Source of the DNA: Lachnospiraceae bacterium AD3010
GTDB lineage: Bacteria; Bacillota; Clostridia; Lachnospirales; Lachnospiraceae
Reading direction: 5' to 3'
Assembly (NCBI GenBank): GCA_000622025.1
Contig: JHWU01000007.1
Span: forward strand, 81,049-145,048
Length of the DNA stretch: 64,000 bases
The notes under the pieces: generated by a model
What the model was told of the DNA's origin: nothing
The model's input: the letters and a program-made list of their open reading frames with translations, nothing else
The model's database searches: none
Part shown: positions 28,649-35,562 of the stretch, one piece after another
How the letters are laid out: each line of letters begins with the position of its first letter
Position numbering within the stretch: position 1 is the stretch's first letter
Translations under genes and position numbers: made by a program

Positions 28649-29590
28649 TTATTGATCAGTTATTGATCTTTCTATGCTTTTTTGAATATCGTCCACAGCA
28701 TCATAATAGAACTTTTCATATAATTGGCTCTTTTCGGAATCATTACTATCAATTCTATATCCCAGAGTTCTTACTTCAGCGCCATAACATCTTAAAAGAT
28801 CGTGCTTTCTATCCGCATTATCTGTCTGCGGTTCATAGAAGAACAGCTTTCCATGGGAAGCTTTCTCTCTATTTTTCCTCTCCAAAAGCCACCACAGATC
28901 CATTTCTGCAAAATCGTATCCAAATCCCAGAACATAAATATCGTTCATAATAAAAGCATCTACCCAGGATCTGATGGATGCCTCTTTATTGTTTACTTCA
29001 CTCCACTTATACCGGGCACCTGATTTTTGCAGATATGATTTAATCTTAAATAACAGGTTGCCGTAATAATAATGCCCTATAACCATACTACTGGAATTTT
29101 TGCAATGACCATGTATGTGCCAGATTCTTTTATCCATGCCATCATTGGAAATCTTTTGAAATGTGTGCAAGAAAATATTAGCTTCTTTTCTGGTAATACC
29201 AATCCCTCGGATATAATCAGAAATAGAATTCACCCTTGAAGAAGATATTCTTTCTCCAATGATATGATTGGCTGCCTCTTCAAGTTCAAATCCATAGTTT
29301 ACTGTCAATATATCCTCCACAGGCAAGGATATTAGCTTCCCATAGTACTCCGCCTGCTTTTTTTGTGTTAGGCATCCCCATATCTCAGTGGCAGATTTCT
29401 TCATGGCATTATGAACATCATTATTAGTACCCAGAACTATTTTCAACGTAAATGGGATATCATCTGATTCTGATATCATCTGATTTCCCTTTGATGACTG
29501 CTTAAGTAAATTATCGAGTGAAATAGATCCTTTATCAAAAGACCGATTGATTCCATTCCCTATCAGTATTGATGATTTATACATACCCAT
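28649..29590 (-). CDS. Standalone SIR2-like (SIR2_2 family) putative NAD+-consuming enzyme, no SLOG or other sensor domain
   Basis: 313 aa. The motif order matches the ThsA-type SIR2 domain. ILIGNGINRSF aligns with the GAG motif. TVNYGFE aligns with TTNYD. IWHIHGH aligns with KMHGD. VLGFGYDFAEMDLWWLL aligns with FVGFSFTDPNLDYIL. The gene lies 29 nt upstream of the TIR paralog array. One base appears to be missing from the printed line at 29581, so coordinates follow the ORF track. Confidence 0.6.
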   Translation of the reverse strand: MGMYKSSILIGNGINRSFDKGSISLDNLLKQSSKGNQMISESDDIPFTLKIVLGTNNDVHNAMKKSATEIWGCLTQKKQAEYYGKLISLPVEDILTVNYGFELEEAANHIIGERISSSRVNSISDYIRGIGITRKEANIFLHTFQKISNDGMDKRIWHIHGHCKNSSSMVIGHYYYGNLLFKIKSYLQKSGARYKWSEVNNKEASIRSWVDAFIMNDIYVLGFGYDFAEMDLWWLLERKNREKASHGKLFFYEPQTDNADRKHDLLRCYGAEVRTLGYRIDSNDSEKSQLYEKFYYDAVDDIQKSIERSITDQ

Positions 29591-29616
29591 TCCTCATACT
29601 GCCAAAGATTCTGTTT

Positions 29617-31389
29617 TTATTCGAGGTTTATCCATATAGCAGGTCTTACTCCTTTATCCCTTACATGGATATCCCCGGTGCTTTCGACATTTGCGTCAGG
29701 CGTTGCGTACTTAAAGCCCTTTCTTGCTTCATCCCGGAGCCACCAGTCAGAATCACAGGACAAATCTGTTCCTTTTGACTTCAGCGCTTTTACTTCACCA
29801 TCTGATAACAGGGAAATCTTCAGTCCATCAGTATCTATGATCTGATTCAGATCCTTTTCTGTGAATTCATTCAGGAAGTCACCGTTGAGCCACTTGCATA
29901 TATCTGAATCCTCAAATGAAGTGTCAGTTATATCATCGCTTACCGGCAGATCCCTCATAGGCTTGTCGGCCAGAAGATGCATCTTCTCATATCCGACCAT
30001 TTCAATTATCCGCCAAGCAATGGGCTCCCCGTTATATGTTCCAAGATACAGTATCTTATCCGAGGACTGTCTGTTGAATATTTCCACAAGTCTTTCCCGG
30101 GAATCTTTATATGGGGTTACCTCAAAATACAATCCTGTTGCAGTTTCATAGTCACCCTTCGCATAAGCTTCCTCTGCAGCAGTATACTTCTGTTCGCAGA
30201 TAATAGCCCGAATCTCCTCGATCTTGTCATTACTATCTTTATATCCGTCAAGAGCTTCAAACGCTGAGATAGCCTCATCATATTTCTCTTCATTCATAAG
30301 CTGCATTGCGGCATCATATGCCTTTTCCTTAATAAGCATCTTTATTTCTTCTATCTTCTGGGGACTGTCAGAAAAATCTCCCAGTTCTTCAAAAGCTGCT
30401 ATCGCCGCATCATACTCGCCGGCTTCCATAAGCTTCATGGCTTCATCATATGCAGCCTGCTTTATTATGGTATGGATTTCCTCTATCTTATCTTCACTAT
30501 CCTTATATCCACCCAATTCTTCGAACTTTTCTATGGCAGAGTCATAATCCTCATTCTTCATGAATTCACAGGCTTTCTTGTATTCCATTTCTGGAGCCAC
30601 AAAAAATACAATGGCCAGGACTGCAATAATAAGCCCAAGGGAAATAAGAATCCCTGCAACAGCAAATTTATTTCCGGCACCGGGCTTCGCATCAACAGCA
30701 GGATCCTTAACCCTTTTAAGTGTCTTGCACTGATTATTCCTGTTTTTCATGAGATCCGATATTTCATCACAAAGTGTGACAGCGTTCTGCGGATCCCCGG
30801 CACTGTCCTTCAGGGCCATGGTTTTATTCAGAATCTCTTTTTCAATACCTTCTAGCTGGGAATGGCTCATGGGATCGCTGTATGTTATGTCCTCAATAAG
30901 CCTCTGAATCTTTTTCTTAAGCTCAGCGTCTTCTGTTTTGATCGTCTGCAGTTCGTTCTTTAGCGTATCCTTAAACAGGACTTTTTTAACGACCTGCTCA
31001 TCGTTTTCACCGATCTTTGATGTGAATGCTGATATAATCAATACAAGGAACGTATATGCTATAGCAATCCCAAGATTTACTACGAGAGCGGTTTCATAGG
31101 GAAGGAACCCGGATGTAATCTCCTTATATGAGTATGCAAGCTGCGCAACAAAGAACAGCCAGGATAGCACAACCACCGGAATATTCAGGAACTGTTCTTC
31201 TTTTGTCCTTTTGCTGAAAAATTTGAAGATGGATACGAACATAACGATCAGGGCGTACCCCCCGAACAGATATGCCATCCAGAACACCAGCGTCTTCTCC
31301 TGTGGAAGTAAGAATGATGCTATGGAAAACGCTGTAAAAGAAATAATGGCGATCAGCAGACTGATCCCCTGCCCTTTGTTAAGCTTCAT
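29617..31389 (-). CDS. Multi-pass membrane protein with cytoplasmic coiled-coil and extracellular GDYKDS-type helical repeats plus a C-terminal beta domain
   Basis: 590 aa. Four N-terminal TM helices, a fifth TM (FAVAGILISLGLIIAVLAIVFFV) and three ectodomain repeats (EDYDSAIEKFEELGGYKDSEDKIEEI; GEYDAAIAAFEELGDFSDSPQKIEEI; EKYDEAISAFEALDGYKDSNDKIEEI). These are the same repeat type as in the TIR paralog ectodomains. It sits 26 nt upstream of the SIR2 gene. Confidence 0.55.
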   Translation of the reverse strand: MKLNKGQGISLLIAIISFTAFSIASFLLPQEKTLVFWMAYLFGGYALIVMFVSIFKFFSKRTKEEQFLNIPVVVLSWLFFVAQLAYSYKEITSGFLPYETALVVNLGIAIAYTFLVLIISAFTSKIGENDEQVVKKVLFKDTLKNELQTIKTEDAELKKKIQRLIEDITYSDPMSHSQLEGIEKEILNKTMALKDSAGDPQNAVTLCDEISDLMKNRNNQCKTLKRVKDPAVDAKPGAGNKFAVAGILISLGLIIAVLAIVFFVAPEMEYKKACEFMKNEDYDSAIEKFEELGGYKDSEDKIEEIHTIIKQAAYDEAMKLMEAGEYDAAIAAFEELGDFSDSPQKIEEIKMLIKEKAYDAAMQLMNEEKYDEAISAFEALDGYKDSNDKIEEIRAIICEQKYTAAEEAYAKGDYETATGLYFEVTPYKDSRERLVEIFNRQSSDKILYLGTYNGEPIAWRIIEMVGYEKMHLLADKPMRDLPVSDDITDTSFEDSDICKWLNGDFLNEFTEKDLNQIIDTDGLKISLLSDGEVKALKSKGTDLSCDSDWWLRDEARKGFKYATPDANVESTGDIHVRDKGVRPAIWINLE

Positions 31390-31414
31390 ACCTCGACCCC
31401 TCCTGTTTCAAATA

Positions 31415-32587
31415 TTATTTCAACATATCCTTCATAAGTTCTGCTTTTGCTGCCGCGAACTCTTCATCTGATAACATGTTCATTTCCTGCATCATTTTCA
31501 GTTTTTCCAGTTTTTTCTTAAAATCATCAACCGACTGATCCGCAGGCTGTGCCCCGTCTGATGAATTAATGCTGTCTATGGTCTCATTCATCATTCCCCC
31601 GACCATGCCGCCAACAGTTCCTCCGACTCCGGCCATCATGCCCAGACCTATTCCCATGTTGGTAAACTCTCCGGAAGCCTCATTTTCGGCAATCTTTTCA
31701 GCCACATCGAAGCCTCTTTCCTGTTGATAGGTATATCCTTCCTGCTGCCGTTTCGTAGCCAGTGCCTGTGATTCTATCACGGTCTTCTTTGCTTCAGTCT
31801 CAGCATCAATAACCTCTGTCTTCTGACGTAGCTGCGCCTCCGCAATATCAGAGTACTGTCTAACATGGATTTCCTTATACTTCTCATATGCTGTGTCCCC
31901 AACAGGCTTGGCGATATTCGTAACCATGAATTTCTGCAGGGTTATACCATAATCGTCAAAGTCCGGGGTGAGCTTATTGAACAGGTTATCTGAGAACTCA
32001 TCCATATGGGAGTCCACTTCAAATATGGAATAATCCGCAGACTGCATGGAATTTGCAATATAGGGCTTTATCTTTGAATTAAGGATAGAACGGAATTTCT
32101 GAACCAGCGCATCCTGTGTCAGATTCTTTTCCGTTCCCACAACTTTAACGACCAGCCTTCTGGAATCGTTAACCGAGAGGATCATTTCTCCGGATAACCC
32201 TATCTGCAGAGGGAAATTATACTTCGGATCCATGTACTGAACCTGCGAGTCAGTTCCCCAGCGGATAGCCATGTGGCTGGTCATACTTATGAAATATACC
32301 TCACAATGGAAAGGACTCTTTCCGCCGGTAGGTATGTTTATCAGTTCTTTTAATATCGGGATATTGTTGGTGCTCAGGGTATACCGCCCTGCCGGGAAGA
32401 GATCGAGCGCCTGCCCGTCCTTAAAGAACAGAGCCTCCTGATTCTCGTGAACTATCAGCTGACTCAGTGTGTTAAAGTCTTCCTTGGGATGTTTCCAAAC
32501 AAAGTTGTTGTTATTCCCCTCATATTTGATTACAGATGTGATACCATCTATATTCAGCACATTCGGAATTATACTTGATAATGCCAT
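31415..32587 (-). CDS. SPFH (band-7)-domain protein with C-terminal SHOCT domain, B. subtilis YdjI-like
   Basis: 390 aa. N-terminal block FVWKHPKEDF...ALFFKDGQALDLFPAGRYTLSTNNIPILKEL...FHCEVYFISMTSHMAIRWGT matches the YdjI-type SPFH pattern. Gly/Met-rich linker GIGLGMMAGVGGTVGGMVGGMM. C-terminal SHOCT-like LEKLKMMQEMNMLSDEEFAAAKAELM. GGGGG RBS 8 nt before the ATG. Confidence 0.65.
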   Translation of the reverse strand: MALSSIIPNVLNIDGITSVIKYEGNNNNFVWKHPKEDFNTLSQLIVHENQEALFFKDGQALDLFPAGRYTLSTNNIPILKELINIPTGGKSPFHCEVYFISMTSHMAIRWGTDSQVQYMDPKYNFPLQIGLSGEMILSVNDSRRLVVKVVGTEKNLTQDALVQKFRSILNSKIKPYIANSMQSADYSIFEVDSHMDEFSDNLFNKLTPDFDDYGITLQKFMVTNIAKPVGDTAYEKYKEIHVRQYSDIAEAQLRQKTEVIDAETEAKKTVIESQALATKRQQEGYTYQQERGFDVAEKIAENEASGEFTNMGIGLGMMAGVGGTVGGMVGGMMNETIDSINSSDGAQPADQSVDDFKKKLEKLKMMQEMNMLSDEEFAAAKAELMKDMLK

Positions 32588-32730
32588 TGATCAACCCCCG
32601 TATAATTACTGTTGTTTCAAAAAGCAGACTTTCTGAAACAGGAGATTTATAATAAAAAGGCCGTAAATCATTGACATTCTTTTAGATTTTTTAGTGTTTC
32701 TTATTGTCTACATTCCAAAACAGGATGATC

Positions 32731-33345
32731 TTACTGTCGTATTTTCTGATGTAATATTAGTTCTTTACATCTTCGATAAAAGGTGGTGTGTGACATTTCA
32801 GCGAAATCAGCAGCTTCTCTTGATGAAAGTTCCCCTGAGACCCACCTGTTGTACGCGTCCATAAACTGATCTGTCTCATTAGTCCTTGGTCTTCCAAACC
32901 GTATACCGCGAATCTTTGCTGCGGTAATCCCCTCTTTTTGACGCTGTTTGATCATCACACGCTCTGTCTCAGCAACATATGCCAATATCTGCAATACTAG
33001 ATCTGAAATAAATCTGCCAGTCAGTCCTTCCTTACCGGTATTGGTATTCAAGAGCGGCATATCCAGTACTTCAATATCTGCGCCCTTTTCTTTTGTAATA
33101 ATTTCCCATTGTTTCAGTATCTCTCCATAGTTTCTTCCAAGCCGATCAATACTTTTTATCACAATACAGTCCTTATTTTTAATTCTTTTTAGCAACTGCT
33201 TGTATTGTGGGCGGTTAAAATCTTTTCCGGATTCAAAATCTATGAAAATTGATGACCTGTTTATTCCCCTTTCTACCAATGCATCTAACTGCCTGTCCGG
33301 CTTCTGATCTTTTGAAGAGATTCTCACATACCCATAAATACTCAT
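32731..33345 (-). CDS. Small serine recombinase (resolvase/invertase family)
   Basis: 204 aa. MSIYGYVRISSKDQ carries the catalytic Ser motif GYxRVSxxxQ, followed by IVIKSIDRLGRN and a C-terminal HTH (MSHTTFYRRCKEL). Confidence 0.85.
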   Translation of the reverse strand: MSIYGYVRISSKDQKPDRQLDALVERGINRSSIFIDFESGKDFNRPQYKQLLKRIKNKDCIVIKSIDRLGRNYGEILKQWEIITKEKGADIEVLDMPLLNTNTGKEGLTGRFISDLVLQILAYVAETERVMIKQRQKEGITAAKIRGIRFGRPRTNETDQFMDAYNRWVSGELSSREAADFAEMSHTTFYRRCKELILHQKIRQ

Positions 33346-33405
33346 CTTTCCCTGCCTCCTTTATGTTTTTAAAAACAATAAATCGGGCAATAAGAAACAC
33401 AATTT

Positions 33406-33428
33406 AATGTACTTAATTTAAGTACATT
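33406..33428. promoter_or_regulatory. Perfect 23-bp palindrome AATGTACTTAAtTTAAGTACATT plus a third half-site (33458-33468); candidate recombinase res/crossover site or RHH operator
   Basis: Read directly from the sequence between the recombinase start (33345) and the RHH ORF start (33491). The half-site AATGTACTTAA is repeated 30 nt downstream. Confidence 0.45.
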
Positions 33429-33490
33429 TTAAACATAATATCACATTCGGAACTTAGAATGTACTTAAATTGAACTTTTGAGATTATTAT

Positions 33491-33652
33491 ATGAATAAAC
33501 GGGAAAAAGATAAGCATTTGGGATTACGTATTGATTCGGAAATGCACAAAAAATTAAAAGAAATGGCTGAATATGAAGGTCGCTCCATTAATGGTGAAGT
33601 TCTTTATCTGATACGTCAGGCTATCAAGGAATTTGAAAAAACAGTAGAATGA
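33491..33652 (+). CDS. Arc/MetJ-type ribbon-helix-helix (RHH) DNA-binding protein, 53 aa, below the ORF-track length cutoff
   Basis: The ATG..TGA frame encodes MNKREKDKHLGLRIDSEMHKKLKEMAEYEGRSINGEVLYLIRQAIKEFEKTVE. The beta-strand LGLRID followed by two helices, and the RSINGEVLY motif, are typical of Arc/CopG RHH proteins. It is divergent from the recombinase and flanks the palindrome. The RBS is weak. Confidence 0.5.
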   Translation: MNKREKDKHLGLRIDSEMHKKLKEMAEYEGRSINGEVLYLIRQAIKEFEKTVE

Positions 33653-33744
33653 ATGTCTGTGATCGTAGGCTAGAGCGCAATCGATGGTTTTGTGCACGTA
33701 AATTCACAGCTTAGGTCTACACAGGCGTTAAAAAATGTAACAAG

Positions 33745-33790
33745 AAAACAGCTGCCATCATATGATGGTCATATGGAGATTGCCGCAGCT
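33745..33790 (-). terminator. Rho-independent terminator of the PD-(D/E)xK gene
   Basis: Immediately after the TAA stop (33791-33793), the minus strand has stem AGCTGC...GCAGCT enclosing palindrome CCATCATATGATGG, followed by TGTTTTCTTGTT. Confidence 0.45.
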
Positions 33791-34714
33791 TTATTTCTTT
33801 ATCAGCCCTTCATATAAAGAACGCTGAGACTGTGGGATTTTTAGAGAATCCATTGCTTTCTCAACATTAACCCCAAAGGAATCCATAACATTTCTTATTG
33901 CCCTAATTAGCGTTTCCTGTTCCTTTTCATTTACCTTTTCATTTACCTTTTCATCTACCCGGTCCTTCATGATTTCCATCAATATATCACCAGCCATATC
34001 ATTTCTCCTTATCTCCTCAAAGATCTGAGGGTTCTTCACTGCCAATAGTTCTATCAGAACTCTGTAATGATCCCTTAAACTGTCTGTCCTTTCTTTATCT
34101 GCGAATACTATTACCCGTTCCACATCTTCTTCAGCAGCTTTATCCGTTAAGGCCCTGTATGCTGCGTATTCCTCGCCCTGAAGCTCCCCCGTGATAATGA
34201 TCTGAAAAGGGATGTCCGTTATTCCTTTTACAAGATAGATTCCCGGTGCATCCCCTTTGATGAGATTCCCGGATCTCTCCATTGTCTTAAAGAGCTTCGG
34301 ATTCTTCACCGCGCGGAAGATGGATATCGTTACATCGTCTGCCTTAATATCTCCCTCATGTTCTGCGATTCCGATATATAGATACGCATAAGCAGCTATC
34401 TTTCGGATTACCCGTTCATTCAAAGAATCATGGGGATTCTTATATTCAAGAATGTTATGCTTATGGAAGATCTTGAAAATGTCCTTATCAAATTCAACCT
34501 TTTCATCTTCGATAAGCACCACGTAGTCCGCCCTTGGCGGTTCTTCTCCCAGAACTTCTTCTGTCAGCAAACGGATACTGTTTCCGTATTTATAGGTCTC
34601 TATCCTTAGAAGGGCTTCAAACCCTGTATGCCAGTCACTGCGGGGTGTAGCCAGAAGTTCCTTTAAGGCCGCCCGGTGAAAGGCTATTTTCTCTTTTCGT
34701 TCCTTATCTGTCAT
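33791..34714 (-). CDS. Putative PD-(D/E)xK nuclease of the Rpn/YhgA-like (transposase_31) recombination-promoting family
   Basis: 307 aa. PD-(D/E)xK-like motifs ADYVVLIEDE and ILEYKNP sit in the N-terminal half, with a helical C-terminal region. Assignment is by motif only. Confidence 0.4.
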   Translation of the reverse strand: MTDKERKEKIAFHRAALKELLATPRSDWHTGFEALLRIETYKYGNSIRLLTEEVLGEEPPRADYVVLIEDEKVEFDKDIFKIFHKHNILEYKNPHDSLNERVIRKIAAYAYLYIGIAEHEGDIKADDVTISIFRAVKNPKLFKTMERSGNLIKGDAPGIYLVKGITDIPFQIIITGELQGEEYAAYRALTDKAAEEDVERVIVFADKERTDSLRDHYRVLIELLAVKNPQIFEEIRRNDMAGDILMEIMKDRVDEKVNEKVNEKEQETLIRAIRNVMDSFGVNVEKAMDSLKIPQSQRSLYEGLIKK

Positions 34715-34942
34715 GATAATATTTTACTATTATTCTGTTCAAATCTCAATAATGCGCAAAAACCCTGTTTGTGCCATCATTTTTATTAAAGAAGCCCAAA
34801 AAAGCAACATATAATTTGTAGAAAAATATATCTTACATTTTTGATTTTGAAGTGTTAAAATCGACTTTGCACGGTTTGTTTTTGGTTTTGCAACAAGGGC
34901 ACAGGGACGATCCCGCCGCCCTATCTTAGGAAAGGAGCTATA

Positions 34943-35446
34943 ATGTATAAAACCGGAGATTATGTTGTTCATAAGGTTGACGGATTATGTAAGATAACTG
35001 ATATTTCCAGTCTTGACATTCCTGACTGCGATAACGATATCAAGTATTACTATCTGATCCCCACCGAGTCACCCGCAAGTAAGGTCTATGTGGCTGTCGG
35101 AAAAGGAGAAGGATCTCTTCGCGACCCGCTTACAGAGAAGGAAGCACTTGACGTTATCGATTCATATAATGAGCTTGACGAAATATCCGTTGAGAGTGAA
35201 AAGAACCGTCAGAACGCATATTCCCAGGCTCTTGTACAGAATGATGCCACCGAGCTTATGCGCCTTATCAAGACCACCTGGCACAGGAAGAATGAAAGGT
35301 TAAAGAAGGGACGCACAGCGACTACAGTGGATGAGCACTTCCTAAAATCTGCCGAGCATGCCCTCTATGGAGAGCTTGCCTATGCCCTCGGTATAGAGAG
35401 CGGCAACAATATGGTCGATTTCATTAAGGCAAGGATATCAAAGTGA
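34943..35446 (+). CDS. CarD/CdnL family RNA-polymerase-binding transcription regulator
   Basis: 167 aa. MYKTGDYVVHKVDGLCKITDI...IKYYYLIP...LRDPLTEKEA matches the CarD_CdnL_TRCF N-terminal domain (MFKxGDxVVhPxHGxGxI...YYxL). Confidence 0.75.
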   Translation: MYKTGDYVVHKVDGLCKITDISSLDIPDCDNDIKYYYLIPTESPASKVYVAVGKGEGSLRDPLTEKEALDVIDSYNELDEISVESEKNRQNAYSQALVQNDATELMRLIKTTWHRKNERLKKGRTATTVDEHFLKSAEHALYGELAYALGIESGNNMVDFIKARISK

Positions 35447-35512
35447 TATTTTAAGTTCTTAGTTTTATGTAAACCTCTCATGGAGATGGAACAAAGTGAT
35501 GATGTTTGAAAA

Positions 35513-35550
35513 GCCCGGATAGCTGAATATAGCTTTCCGGGCTTTTTTGA
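35513..35550. terminator. Bidirectional rho-independent terminator between CarD (plus) and the ABC-2 permease (minus)
   Basis: AAAAGCCCGGatagctgaatatagctttCCGGGCTTTTTT shows a GC stem with an A-run before and a T-run after. Confidence 0.55.
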
Positions 35551-35562
35551 AAGATCCTTCCC

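Noticed and set aside
34739-34972. 77-aa minus-strand ORF at the island border
   Set aside because: It has no RBS and a low-complexity composition. It overlaps the carD promoter region and is likely non-coding.
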